From Polyangiales bacterium (GTDB taxonomy: Bacteria; Myxococcota_A; Polyangia; Polyangiales; Houyiibacteriaceae), in NCBI GenBank assembly GCA_045106895.1, contig JBGCFM010000172.1, positions 7,653-71,652 on the forward strand: DNA of 64,000 bases, read 5' to 3'. Under the pieces are notes generated by a model, which was given only the letters and a program-made list of their open reading frames with translations, was not told the DNA's origin and did not search any database. This document shows positions 27,095-37,185 of this stretch, piece after piece; within the stretch, counting starts at the first letter, position 1, and each line of letters starts with the position of its first letter. A program made the position numbers and the translations under genes.

Positions 27095-27754
27095 ATGGGG
27101 TATTGGATATACTATGTGCTGATGGGAGTCGCCTGGTACGCCCTCGAACACCCCATCGTATTGGTCCCGATCGTCGCATTTTTCCTCTTTCGGCGCTTCA
27201 TCCCGGACCCGTGGGTCTTGACGCGTACGTTTGCGCGCTCGCGACGGCTTCGGGACCAGATTCGGGCCAACCCCGCGAACGTCACGGCTCGGCGTGATCT
27301 CGCGATGGTCTATCTCGAACGTCTGCGGTCAAAGAAAGCCCTGGAAGTGTTGGCTCCGGCGGTTGAGCGCGACCCCGAGAATGCTGAAATTCGCTACCTT
27401 CTCGGACTGGCTCTGTTGCGCTCCGGAAAATACGAGGAAGCCCTCGCTTCGTTGATTTACGCCGCGGATATCGACCCACGTGTGCGCTTTGGCGACTCGT
27501 ACCGCGCCGCCGGCGATGCACTGATGCGCCTCAAGCGCTATGAGGATGCGACGGACGCGTACGAGCGTTTTGTCGAGCTCAACACATCGTCCGTCGAAGG
27601 GTGGACGAAGTTGAGTCGAGCGCACCGTGAGCACGGCGCGAGCGACGAGTCGAGCAAAGCGCTCCGCGAAGCAAAAAAGACCTGGTCCGTTCTGCCCGGC
27701 TACAAACGCCGGCAGGAGTGGCGTTGGTATCTTCGCTGCCAGCTAGGAATCTAG
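27095..27754 (+). CDS. membrane-anchored TPR protein
   Basis: N-terminal TM 'YWIYYVLMGVAWYALEHPIVLVPIVAFFLF' followed by TPR-like helices ('ARRDLAMVYLERLRSKKALEVLAPAVERDPENAEIRYLLGLALL'). Confidence 0.65.
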   Translation: MGYWIYYVLMGVAWYALEHPIVLVPIVAFFLFRRFIPDPWVLTRTFARSRRLRDQIRANPANVTARRDLAMVYLERLRSKKALEVLAPAVERDPENAEIRYLLGLALLRSGKYEEALASLIYAADIDPRVRFGDSYRAAGDALMRLKRYEDATDAYERFVELNTSSVEGWTKLSRAHREHGASDESSKALREAKKTWSVLPGYKRRQEWRWYLRCQLGI

Positions 27755-27767
27755 AGCTCCTCGATTC

Positions 27768-28550
27768 CTACTTGAGGGTCTCGAGAAGGCCTTCGTGGAT
27801 CTTGCCGTTGCTCGCCACAAACCCACCGTAGTGAAGGTCACGACCGCCCTCGAGGTCCGTCCAGTGACCACCAGCTTCACTGACCAGAAGGGCAGCTGGA
27901 GCAATATCCCAGCACTTGATGCCAGGGTCCACCACGCCGTCCATCCGGCCTTGAAGAAGGGCACGGTAGTTGGCGAAGTCAGCGAAGGAGCGTGTCGAGT
28001 ACGCGGTCTCGGCAATCTTCAAGAGCGCCGAGCCTCGCCCCGAGTCGGTGAACTGTCCAGCGCCTCCGACGCCTACGAGAGCGTCCTTCATGGAGTCCAC
28101 ATTGGAAACGTGGCATGGCCGCCCGTTCATCGTTGCGCCACCCCCTGCGCGCGCGACGAAGAGGTCGCCGTCCGTAGGCATCAGGGCGATGGCCAGGGCG
28201 AGCTCGCCCTCCCACTCCATTGCGAGGAGAACAGACCAGGTTGGGAGACCACGAATGAACGCTCGCGTTCCGTCGATGGGATCGAGAATGAAACGCATTT
28301 TCGTGCCCGATTTCTCGCCGCCCTCTTCACCGAGAATCGCCGCTTCCGGCCAGCTCGCGTCGATGTGCGCGCGAAGTCGCCTCTCGACTTCTTGGTCGGC
28401 GGCGGTGACGGGGCTCTCGTCGTCCTTCTTCAGCACGCCGATGCCACGTTGAAGGCGAAGCGCTTCTTCGCCCGCGTCGGTCACGACGTCGATGAGGGTA
28501 GATAGGGCGCGTGCTCCGCCCAAAAGATCGAGGTCGAACTCCGTAGACAT
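27768..28550 (-). CDS. inositol monophosphatase family protein (IMPase / histidinol-phosphatase-like)
   Basis: 'ILGEEGG', 'ILDPIDGTRAF', 'WDIAPAALLVSEAGG'. Start set at MSTEFD; the longer ORF (to 28691) would overlap the upstream M23 gene. Confidence 0.85.
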   Translation of the reverse strand: MSTEFDLDLLGGARALSTLIDVVTDAGEEALRLQRGIGVLKKDDESPVTAADQEVERRLRAHIDASWPEAAILGEEGGEKSGTKMRFILDPIDGTRAFIRGLPTWSVLLAMEWEGELALAIALMPTDGDLFVARAGGGATMNGRPCHVSNVDSMKDALVGVGGAGQFTDSGRGSALLKIAETAYSTRSFADFANYRALLQGRMDGVVDPGIKCWDIAPAALLVSEAGGHWTDLEGGRDLHYGGFVASNGKIHEGLLETLK

Positions 28551-28579
28551 GCGCTTCGATAGCACGGCGCCGGTTATTT

Positions 28580-29899
28580 TTAGGGCGCGCCGACGAAAAG
28601 AGGGTCCGGGCGCAGGGCTCGACCTTCGTGGCGAAGCTGAAAATGTAAGTGTGGCGCGCCGCCTGCGGAGGTCCCGACGCGTCCTATCCACTCCCCGCGC
28701 TGAACGTTCTGACCGGCCTGAACGTGAATCGATTTGGCCGACCCGTAGAGCGTCACCCAGCCGTTCTTGTGAAGGACGACGATGGCGTTCCCCACACCCC
28801 GAAGGCCCACGCCTGCGTAGATCACGCGGCCATCCGCGACGACTCGGATTGGCGCGTCCGAGTCCGCCTCGATGTTCACCCCGCGTGGTTGGTTGTAGTC
28901 GTCACCGCGTCGACCTCCACGGACGGGCCAGAGAGCGTTAGAAAAACGCCCACCCTCGACGTTGTCCAGGTCCACCGGCGATGCACCTCCCGAGAGAAGG
29001 CGACGTGCATGTGCGAGTCCTTCTCGGTCGTCACCGCGCACCGTCGCCTGTGGGGCGCGTGGTGCCACGACTCCTGTCGGACCATCAGAGGGGAGGCTGC
29101 GACTCAGGTAACCTTCAGGTTCGTGGTAGCGTCCAGCGCGCTTCAGGCGCGTCCATTCACGGTAGGCCGCGATCCACGGACGACCGTCAAAACGGTCGAG
29201 TGGGTTGACGGCGTGGCCTCGCCGATGAAGCTCAAAGTGCAGATGGGGGCCCCGAGAGATTCCCGTGTTCCCCACAAACCCGATGCGCTCCCCTTGGCGG
29301 ACCCGCCAGCCAGCTTGAACGGTGGTTCGAACGCAGTGCGCGTAGATGCTCACTTCGCCGCTTGGGTGAACGATGATGATCGTGTTGCCGAAGCCTCGGA
29401 CGCCATTGTCTGAATAGGCGACGATTCCGGGTGCGACGGCGCGAATGACGGAGCCTTCGTCGGCGACGATGTCCACGCCGCGATGCGGGAGGTCGGGACG
29501 ACGGCGACGAACCAGCCCAAAGCCGCGCCCAAAACGACCGAGCTCCACCGGCCAGCGTAGGTGTTCCGGCATGGATTCACCGGCAGCTTCAACCCAGCGG
29601 GCCAACGGACGTGAGCGCATGAGTCGGCTCGCAGCGTTGCGGGTCCCAAGCCCAAGACGCTCGGCGCGTGCCGCGGAGGCTCCCCTCGCCCTTGGAACGT
29701 TCCGCGGGCCGTCCGAAAAACGCGAGTAGTCGAATCGCCGCCTTGGAGCGTCTTCCTCCGCGTCAGCTCGCGCCTCGGAAACGCTTACGGCCTCTTCTTG
29801 GGCTTCTCCTTCGCCTCGCTCATCGTCGGCCATCGCGGGGGTCGCGAAGATGAGAACGAAGCAGCAGAGCCAGAAGTGAGCGTTCAATCGCGAATCCAT
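28580..29899 (-). CDS. secreted peptidoglycan metalloendopeptidase with two M23/LytM domains
   Basis: Signal peptide 'FWLCCFVLIFATPAMA'. Two copies of the M23 motifs ('HRGVDIVA'...'GPHLHFELH' and 'GVNIEA'...'GAPHLHFQLRH'). Confidence 0.85.
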   Translation of the reverse strand: MDSRLNAHFWLCCFVLIFATPAMADDERGEGEAQEEAVSVSEARADAEEDAPRRRFDYSRFSDGPRNVPRARGASAARAERLGLGTRNAASRLMRSRPLARWVEAAGESMPEHLRWPVELGRFGRGFGLVRRRRPDLPHRGVDIVADEGSVIRAVAPGIVAYSDNGVRGFGNTIIIVHPSGEVSIYAHCVRTTVQAGWRVRQGERIGFVGNTGISRGPHLHFELHRRGHAVNPLDRFDGRPWIAAYREWTRLKRAGRYHEPEGYLSRSLPSDGPTGVVAPRAPQATVRGDDREGLAHARRLLSGGASPVDLDNVEGGRFSNALWPVRGGRRGDDYNQPRGVNIEADSDAPIRVVADGRVIYAGVGLRGVGNAIVVLHKNGWVTLYGSAKSIHVQAGQNVQRGEWIGRVGTSAGGAPHLHFQLRHEGRALRPDPLFVGAP

Positions 29900-30036
29900 C
29901 TCTCAACGCGTCGGCAATTGGCGGCCTTCGGTCAAGAAAGCCGCAGGTGGGGGCTCTGACCAGAATCAGGTAAGTGGGCAAAAACCGGTCAATACCTAAG
30001 CGCTTTTGGCTACGTCGGCTTGACTGTGTGGCTTGA

Positions 30037-31050
30037 TTGCGCTGCGCTGCGCCCACTATGCGCTCCATGCTCCTTGTTTCGCTTGTCCTGTCCCTTGCTG
30101 CTTGTGGTTCTGCCCCGGAAACGCGCACGCTCGTGGATGAAAGCAACGACAACAACATCATCGCGGAGGTGTCCTCCCGGCACCTCGCGGGCACGCAGCC
30201 AGCTGGACCCGATCTCGTTGGCACCCAGTGGGCGTGGCGGGAAGCGCATTGCACCGAAGGCCCCCTCGATTTGGCGGGTCGTGAGTTCACTCGAACCACG
30301 AGAGTAAAGTCCACGGGCGAGGGCTTGCTCCTCATTCATGACGACACGTTCGGTGACAGCTGCCGAATGACGGTTGTGCAACACGCGAAGGCGGGCTCCG
30401 ACGCCGACTCCCAGTGGCAGATGGAAGAGCAAGCGGCGGTGAGCGTCGGTGAGTGCGAAGACCTTGCTGAAGCTGACCGGCCTGGCGATGTGCGCCGTCG
30501 CGGAACGGACCTCGAGGTCTACGTTCAGCGCAGCGTGTGGTGCAACGGTTTGGAGCTGCGTATGGTCTACACCTCTGTTGCGCCGACGCCCATCGATGAC
30601 CTCAATATTGGGCTTCACTACGCCGCCCACTTCAACCGGCGTGATGCGCAGAAGCTAACGGAACTCTTCGCGTCCACGGGTTCCCTTGTGGACCCGTTCA
30701 CTCGAACTCCTTTGGACCAGGCGACTCGTTACGATGGTCAGGCCGCGGTCTATGGGTGGTTCCAAGAAGCGTTCACGGCGACCAACTGGTTGGCGATGCG
30801 CGTTGTAGGCCTCGAAGCGGGTTCAACGCCCGGCAGCGTGGTTCTCGACTGGCACTACATGGACCCACGCCTCGACGCGCCCTTTGCGGGTCGAAACCGT
30901 TTCACCGTCGCTGGTGGCGAGATCTTCGAGACGAGCATCGAGATCACGGCGCAAGAGGTGACTGAGCCCGCGCCCACGCAGGAAGCCGTGGTGCAGCCTG
31001 CGCCCGTGGAAGCGGACACCAACACCGACCCTGAAGCCGGCGACGAGTAG
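30037..31050 (+). CDS. lipoprotein with C-terminal SnoaL/NTF2-like domain
   Basis: Lipobox 'LVLSLAAC'. The C-terminal region 'HYAAHFNRRDAQKLTELFASTGSLVDPF...GRNRFTVAGGEIFETSIE' resembles NTF2-like folds. Confidence 0.55.
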   Translation: MRCAAPTMRSMLLVSLVLSLAACGSAPETRTLVDESNDNNIIAEVSSRHLAGTQPAGPDLVGTQWAWREAHCTEGPLDLAGREFTRTTRVKSTGEGLLLIHDDTFGDSCRMTVVQHAKAGSDADSQWQMEEQAAVSVGECEDLAEADRPGDVRRRGTDLEVYVQRSVWCNGLELRMVYTSVAPTPIDDLNIGLHYAAHFNRRDAQKLTELFASTGSLVDPFTRTPLDQATRYDGQAAVYGWFQEAFTATNWLAMRVVGLEAGSTPGSVVLDWHYMDPRLDAPFAGRNRFTVAGGEIFETSIEITAQEVTEPAPTQEAVVQPAPVEADTNTDPEAGDE

Positions 31051-31124
31051 CGGGAGCGGGAGAGGGCGCCGCCAATAGCGCGGCGTAGCGACCGAGCGAC
31101 CGGGACCTGACCGCCTTCGCTTCG

Positions 31125-32117
31125 TTAGTAGGTTGCGCCGAGGCCCACCGCAAAGTCCCACTGGCGAGGCAAGTCGTCGGGAACGTCGGCGTCAATGTCC
31201 CCGGGCGCCTTCAAGTCCCAGTGAATAGCGGCGTTGAGCGTGAACACGCGGTAGCGGAGTTCTGCGCCGATGGACATACGCGCACGAAAAGCGCGAACGT
31301 CATTGAACACGGCGTTGTTGTTGAGGTCCTGTTCGGAGCCTGGCCCATTTGTGCAGAGAATGTTGGAGTTCGCCATTTGCGGAGGCTGTCCAGGAGACAC
31401 GCCACATTCCGCAAAGGCGTTGCGGTCCGGCGTGAGGTCGACGAGTTCGGAGTCCGCCACGATCCACATCAGCTGCGCCGCGATGATGGGCGTGAACACG
31501 ACGGCCCCGCCCAGCACGATAGGCTTGGAGGCGATGAAATCGAGGGAGGGCACAGTGATGTGCATCTCGGATTCGCCGGTCAGCGTACGAACAGCACCGC
31601 GAACGGCGAGGTCAGGGATGAATCCCATGGCCCCTTCGCGAAATCCTTCGAGAAGCGCGATTCGAAGCTCGCCGCCCCAAATCCAGGAGTCCGTGTTGTA
31701 GAAGCGGCCGAGGCTCACTCCAACCTCCAGGCCATACGGGAGACCTTTGCGAAGCGCGAGGCGTGAGGAAGTCAACGTTGACGCGACGAAGCGGTTTCGC
31801 CCGGTGCTCATGGCGTCACCCTCGGTCCCAAGGGCCCAGTAGTCAGCGCCGTTGTCGATGCCCGCCACGCTGGTCTCGAAGCCGATGTAGAAGCCTCGGT
31901 ACCCAGTGGTACGCGCCGGCGCCAGGTTTGGGGCGGCGAGGGCAAAGCCCAGTTGAGATACAAGCCGAACGAACGCGTCATTGTCCGCTCGGTATGAACC
32001 CGGCGTGGCTCCTTCGATGCGCAAACGCGAGAGCGCGATGCTCATATCATCCGCCTGGACCGATTGAGGCGACATTAGAGCCGTCGCGAGGAGTAGGGCG
32101 GCGGAGGCGCGAAGCAT
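31125..32117 (-). CDS. putative outer-membrane beta-barrel protein
   Basis: Signal peptide 'MLRASAALLLATALMSPQSVQA', alternating amphipathic strands, and an aromatic C-terminus '...AVGLGATY'. Confidence 0.5.
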   Translation of the reverse strand: MLRASAALLLATALMSPQSVQADDMSIALSRLRIEGATPGSYRADNDAFVRLVSQLGFALAAPNLAPARTTGYRGFYIGFETSVAGIDNGADYWALGTEGDAMSTGRNRFVASTLTSSRLALRKGLPYGLEVGVSLGRFYNTDSWIWGGELRIALLEGFREGAMGFIPDLAVRGAVRTLTGESEMHITVPSLDFIASKPIVLGGAVVFTPIIAAQLMWIVADSELVDLTPDRNAFAECGVSPGQPPQMANSNILCTNGPGSEQDLNNNAVFNDVRAFRARMSIGAELRYRVFTLNAAIHWDLKAPGDIDADVPDDLPRQWDFAVGLGATY

Positions 32118-32184
32118 GGTCGCACGCTATCGGCCCACAGATGACTCCGTCAACACACGCATGCGATCTGCTACCGTCACCGAG

Positions 32185-32730
32185 ATGCCTGTGGGACCGA
32201 AACTCCGCGCCAAGCCGCTTGAACACCCCTTCGAGATCGCCCTCGTTGAACCCGAAATTCCCCCAAACACCGGCGCCATCGCTCGGACGGCGGCGGCCAC
32301 CGCCAGTCGCCTCCACCTTATCGGAAAGCTTGGGTTTCGCATCGACGAGCAATCCGTGCGGCGTGCGGGGCTTGATTACTGGCCCCTCGTCGATCTCGCG
32401 ACCCATGCTTCCTTCGACGCATTTCTCGATGGGCGCGACACGAAACGGTTCCATTTCCTCACCGCTGGAGCAGGCCGGAGCATATACGAGGCTGATTTCC
32501 AGCCCGGCGATACGCTCGTGTTCGGCAAAGAATCGGTCGGACTGGACCCCACGATTCTGGAGCGATTCGATGGCCAGGCGGTGGCCATTCCTACGTTGGG
32601 GCCCGTTCGTTCGCTCAACTTGGCGACGGCCGTGAGCATCACTGTCTATGAGGCGCTGCGGCAGGCGGGAGGGGTTGCGACCACATTCTTGGCTTCCGAC
32701 GCCGTCGGAGCAGGTAAAGCGAACGTGTGA
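32185..32730 (+). CDS. trmL: tRNA (cytidine/uridine-2'-O-)-methyltransferase TrmL (SpoU/TrmH family)
   Basis: 'IALVEPEIPPNTGAIARTAAA', 'RAGLDYW', 'LVFGKESVGL', 'RSLNLATAVSITVYEALRQ'. Start set at MPVGPK; the longer ORF begins back-to-back with the divergent gene. Confidence 0.85.
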   Translation: MPVGPKLRAKPLEHPFEIALVEPEIPPNTGAIARTAAATASRLHLIGKLGFRIDEQSVRRAGLDYWPLVDLATHASFDAFLDGRDTKRFHFLTAGAGRSIYEADFQPGDTLVFGKESVGLDPTILERFDGQAVAIPTLGPVRSLNLATAVSITVYEALRQAGGVATTFLASDAVGAGKANV

Positions 32731-32904
32731 ACGGGCGTGAACGGCTGTTGACGGTGCCAGTGGCGATCGCGACCAAATGGCCTGTTATGTTGTCGTGAGC
32801 TTCTGTTGTAGACCGAAAATGCCCTGGTTTTGTGGTATCTTAGCGCCTGGCACGAACGTCGCATAACATCGGGGCCGTACCCCCCTAACCCCCGGAGTCG
32901 CCCG

Positions 32905-33867
32905 ATGCGAGCTCGCTTGTCCACTGCTTCCCATTTCGCCTTTCTCTTCGCTCCCGCCATGCTCTTGCTGACGGGTTGCCCAATCTGGGGCGATGGTGGC
33001 GACCCCTACTGCAACACGGACCGCGATTGCCCTTCCGGAAGGTGCGACTTCGCCGGTCGCTGCGTGTTCGACCGCGATGCCAGCTTCCCGGATTCGAGCC
33101 GGCCGGACGTCGGAACCGATGACGCGGGCCCAACGAGCTGCCGCACGAATGGTGACTGCGCGACGGCGTTCTACTGCGACTCGGTCTTGAACACGTGCAC
33201 CGACTCCAACACGTGCACCGACGACAACAGCTGCACCGGTGGGTTCATTTGTGACTTCCGCGACACCTGCGTGCCGCCGGTTGACGGCGCCTGCCGCGAC
33301 ACAAACGACTGCACGGGCGGTGACCTCTGCATAGAGGGCTTCTGCCGAGAGCAGGACACGCTCTGCCAGTTCGGGTACGACTGCAGCGCGGGCCAGTCCT
33401 GTGTGAACGGCGCCTGCACCAACGTGTGCGGCACGGAAGCTCAGTGCGGTTCGGGCAGCTCCTGCAACAACGGCTTCTGTACTCCGACCACCGAGTGTAG
33501 CTCCACTTCCCAGTGTGGCGGCGGAGAGCACTGCGTCGAAGGACGCTGTCTCCCGGATTGCCAGAGCACGAGCTCCTGCTCCGGCAGCGCTGACTACTGC
33601 GGCGATGACATGTTCTGCCGACCCGACTGGCGTGAACGACCATTCTGTACTCTCGACACCGACTGCACCTCTGGAAGTGTCTGCCGTGACGGCGCCTGCC
33701 GCACGCCGTGCCCAACCGGAACTGACGCGGAGTGTCGCGCCACGGACCCTAGTCTCTCCTGCGGCGCCATGGACCTCTGTGTCTCCACGGAGACTCCAGA
33801 GTGTGCGCTCTCGAGCGAATGCACGGCGCCTGAGGCCTGCGTCAACGCTCTGTGTCGAGGCATCTAG
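32905..33867 (+). CDS. Cys-rich repeat lipoprotein (about 11 four-Cys modules)
   Basis: Lipobox 'MLLLTGC'. Repeated 'C-x5-C-x4-5-C-x5-C' modules, e.g. 'CRDTNDCTGGDLCIEGFC', 'CGTEAQCGSGSSCNNGFC', 'CTLDTDCTSGSVCRDGAC'. Confidence 0.7.
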   Translation: MRARLSTASHFAFLFAPAMLLLTGCPIWGDGGDPYCNTDRDCPSGRCDFAGRCVFDRDASFPDSSRPDVGTDDAGPTSCRTNGDCATAFYCDSVLNTCTDSNTCTDDNSCTGGFICDFRDTCVPPVDGACRDTNDCTGGDLCIEGFCREQDTLCQFGYDCSAGQSCVNGACTNVCGTEAQCGSGSSCNNGFCTPTTECSSTSQCGGGEHCVEGRCLPDCQSTSSCSGSADYCGDDMFCRPDWRERPFCTLDTDCTSGSVCRDGACRTPCPTGTDAECRATDPSLSCGAMDLCVSTETPECALSSECTAPEACVNALCRGI

Positions 33868-33947
33868 ACGAAGACGGGGACGACTTGAGCTGAAGCAGGC
33901 TCACTTGGCGGCGCTCACCATTCGGTGGGCGCCGTTTCGCTTTAACC

Positions 33948-35042
33948 GTGCAGGGGGAGAAGCGTTTGCTAGAGAAGAACGTGCTCCGACTCTCTGCTCT
34001 TCTTGTGATGCTCCTTGCTTGCGGTCCCTCCGAGGAGCCAGGGGCGCCGCGGGAGACGACCATCGAGCAAGCCATCGACGGTCGCGGCCGCATCGCATTG
34101 GTCGGGATCACCGCCGAGGACGTTCAAGAGGCGGCCGGTGAGTTCGTTCAGCCCACGGAGGCTATCCGAGCTGCGCTCGATTCAGACGATCCTGTGGCTC
34201 TTCTGAGCGCCCTGGATGAGGACGATATTCAGGGCGTTGCGCTGGCGACGACACTTGGATCAGACCCGGAGGCAACCGGTCTCGCAGCGCGCATCGCACG
34301 GTTCGAGCACATTGATGGATTGCGAGGCGCCTTTCTGCACCCTGGCGCCGTTCTCTACATGCAAAGCGTAGTCGCGTCCCTTGGCCGCGACGTCGAGCTA
34401 GCGGCGCCCATCGCGCGTCGACTTCTGGAGGGCGCGTCACGTCCTCGGATGAGCTCGTTTCCGGCCTCCTATCGTGCCGACCAGAGCGTTGAAGTCATGG
34501 TGCTCTTACGGGATCGGGGCCGAGCTCGCTTATGGCGTTCGGCTCGCGGCTCGTCCATCGCTGCCGCGCTTGTCACCGCAGCCACTGTCGCGCGGCGACG
34601 TTGGCGTGAACGCGAGCAGGCGCTCGGAGGGCCGCTTGAAGAACGCTTGATCGACTTGGACGTGGAAGTCTCTCTACTCGAAGAAGATGGCACGCTTGCT
34701 TTGACGACGGACGCATTCGTGGAGCGCGTCTTTGGCGAAAACCATGGCGTTGCATTCGAATCCACGAGCAACTGGCGCTACCTTCTCCCGGAGGCCACCG
34801 CCGACAAGGGTCACGGCTCTGCCGTTGCCGCCTACCACGAGCTTTTTCGCGAAGACTCGCTGCCAGAAGATTCGCTGGAGAACCCTGGGCTGCGTTTCTA
34901 TCGCCTCGTCGTGACGGTCCTTGGAGTAGATGCCGGTGGCGCGGATGGCTTGTCCGGCGAAGATGTGCTCGAAGCGATCGATTCCGCATCCCCTGATTCG
35001 ACGGCGGGCTCTAACGCTGCATCGGACTCCGACGCGGACTGA
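33948..35042 (+). CDS. hypothetical lipoprotein
   Basis: Lipobox 'LLVMLLAC'. No recognised catalytic motif. Acidic low-complexity tail. Confidence 0.5.
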   Translation: MQGEKRLLEKNVLRLSALLVMLLACGPSEEPGAPRETTIEQAIDGRGRIALVGITAEDVQEAAGEFVQPTEAIRAALDSDDPVALLSALDEDDIQGVALATTLGSDPEATGLAARIARFEHIDGLRGAFLHPGAVLYMQSVVASLGRDVELAAPIARRLLEGASRPRMSSFPASYRADQSVEVMVLLRDRGRARLWRSARGSSIAAALVTAATVARRRWREREQALGGPLEERLIDLDVEVSLLEEDGTLALTTDAFVERVFGENHGVAFESTSNWRYLLPEATADKGHGSAVAAYHELFREDSLPEDSLENPGLRFYRLVVTVLGVDAGGADGLSGEDVLEAIDSASPDSTAGSNAASDSDAD

Positions 35043-37057
35043 ACCACGGGCAGGGTGAGGAGGAAGGTCGCCCCTTTTCCTGGTTGCGAACGCACCTGCA
35101 ACCGGCCTCCCGCGGCGTTTGCGATGCGCTGAGAGATGGCGAGGCCGAGGCCTGTTCCGCGGTCCTTTGTGGTGACGAAGGGGACAAAAAGATGAGGCAC
35201 GACCTCTGCGGAGATGCCGGGACCGTTGTCCTCCACGGAGATGACGACGTTCTGAACACGTCGGGTCGTGACCGTTGTGGTCTTGAGACGAATGGTCCCC
35301 TCGCCCCCCTCAAACGCCTGAATTGCGTTGTGCACGAGGTTCAGCAAGACCTGGCGAAGCTGTTCCGCATCGATTCGCACCAAAGGCAGCTCTTCGTCGA
35401 GGGCCAAGTCCAGGACGACCTCCGCGACTTGGCACTCTGGACGGAGTAGCTGCGCGGTGCGTTCGACGACGGCGTTGATGTCGACGGAGGCCGGGTTGCC
35501 GCTGGAGGGACGTGCGTAGTCGAGGAACGAGCTGACGACGCGGTTCAAACGGTCCACCTCCTCGACGATAATGCCGAGGAACTCTTCGCCTTCCTGTTCT
35601 TGCCCTTCGGTCAAGTACTGCGCCGATGCTTTGATCGCGCCGAGCGGGTTACGAATCTCATGGGCGAGGCCCGCCGCCATCTCACCGAGTGAGGCCAGGC
35701 GGTCACGCTCTTTGAGGCGAAGGTAGAGCCGCGAGTTTTCGATGGTCGTAGCGGTCTGTGCAGCGAGTCCGATGAGCAGCTGGATTTCCTCCGGCGAGTA
35801 CGCATCTCGCATCCGCTCGTCACGAAGTGCGAGGACGCCGTAGAGGCTGCCGTCCTCGGCCCGAATAGCCAGGCACACGCTGGCGTTCATGGCAGCCAGG
35901 GTCTGAGTAATCTCAAAAAGCGTCTCCGCTTCCCGGTCTTCTCCGGCAGCGCGATGCTCTTCTAGTTGGCGCTCCAGGTTCTCGAGTACCACGGAGTCAT
36001 CGTCCACCAGGCGGTCGAGGAGCGGGCGCGCTGGAGCGATTTCGATGCGGGCGAGGGGGGCAGGGCCAACGTGACCCGCGAGGTCGTAACCGTGTTGGGC
36101 GTCATCGGCGAGGTAGACGCCAGCGTGGGTCACACGACGCGTTTGCTCGAGGCCTTCGATGAGCACGTGGGCCAGTTCGTGTCCTTCGAGAACATGCGCG
36201 AGTTCCGCGCGAAGCGAGGTGATCACTCGCTCGAATGCGTATCGCTCTCGGAAGAGCAGTTGGGCGATTTTTTGACTGACCTTCGAGCGCACGGGGTCGA
36301 AGAGCACAAGAACAACGAGGGATGCGACGACGGCCTGGAGGAAATAGCGACCTCCGGCGAAGAAAACGAGCACCCACAGAATCCCGGCCAGGAAGAACGA
36401 GAGTGTGGTGAGAACGGCGAGGCGGCCGGCGAGCTCATAGAGGTCGATGAGGCGATGCCGGACGACGCTTTGCGACAGCATGTAGAGGAAGATGAGCGTG
36501 AGCAGCGTCCCTACAGGTGGCAAGTGGACGCCGAGGTATGGAGGGTACTCAAATAGCGTGAAGAACGCGGCGAGACCTCCGACGAGGGCGAGGAACGAGC
36601 GACGACCTTCCTCGAAGCGGCTCGTCGTCTCTTGGGTGCGGAGGTAGAGCATGGTCAGCGCGGCGCCGACAAAGATCACGACGTAGGTGAACACCGCCGT
36701 GCGCACGACGATGTGCTCGTAGAGCGGCGTCGCTGTCGCGACGAGAATCGCTGCAGCGGCGACCCAAGAGGCACGCTGGAGTCGCTGGGTTCCTTTGGCG
36801 CCTTCCGCCATGAATGTGCGGAAGAACTCCACCGTCGAGAGCGGTAGGAGGACACCAAAAGCTAGGTTTGCGCGTGCCCACACAGAGCTCGACAGGACCT
36901 TCGCCAGGAAGGTGGTGAGATACCAGAGGCTCATGTTCAGCCCGAACACGGCGAATAGCCATTGGTCCCGACGTTTCCGGGAGCGCAGAGCGACGCTTGC
37001 CGCGAGGGCGAGGCACACCAGTGAGGCGAAAAGCGATGTCTGTACCCGAAGGTCCAC
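34898..37057 (-). CDS. multi-TM sensor histidine kinase with GAF-like linker
   Basis: About 6-7 N-terminal TM helices. H-box 'LAHEIRNPL', N-box 'LLNLVHNAIQA', G1 'VEDNGPGI', G2 'GTGLGLAI'. About 47-aa Ser/Pro-rich run-on tail. Confidence 0.9.
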   Translation of the reverse strand: MDLRVQTSLFASLVCLALAASVALRSRKRRDQWLFAVFGLNMSLWYLTTFLAKVLSSSVWARANLAFGVLLPLSTVEFFRTFMAEGAKGTQRLQRASWVAAAAILVATATPLYEHIVVRTAVFTYVVIFVGAALTMLYLRTQETTSRFEEGRRSFLALVGGLAAFFTLFEYPPYLGVHLPPVGTLLTLIFLYMLSQSVVRHRLIDLYELAGRLAVLTTLSFFLAGILWVLVFFAGGRYFLQAVVASLVVLVLFDPVRSKVSQKIAQLLFRERYAFERVITSLRAELAHVLEGHELAHVLIEGLEQTRRVTHAGVYLADDAQHGYDLAGHVGPAPLARIEIAPARPLLDRLVDDDSVVLENLERQLEEHRAAGEDREAETLFEITQTLAAMNASVCLAIRAEDGSLYGVLALRDERMRDAYSPEEIQLLIGLAAQTATTIENSRLYLRLKERDRLASLGEMAAGLAHEIRNPLGAIKASAQYLTEGQEQEGEEFLGIIVEEVDRLNRVVSSFLDYARPSSGNPASVDINAVVERTAQLLRPECQVAEVVLDLALDEELPLVRIDAEQLRQVLLNLVHNAIQAFEGGEGTIRLKTTTVTTRRVQNVVISVEDNGPGISAEVVPHLFVPFVTTKDRGTGLGLAISQRIANAAGGRLQVRSQPGKGATFLLTLPVVQSASESDAALEPAVESGDAESIASSTSSPDKPSAPPASTPRTVTTRR

Positions 37058-37185
37058 GCGACAAGCCTAGCGCTTTGCCTGGACAGCCGGCTGCGTAAAC
37101 TTTTTCGCGCAAAATAAACCAGTAAATACGGGTGTTTAGAGTAATCGTGGGCATGTCTTCCTTGCGAGCATCCAAATGCTCGACT

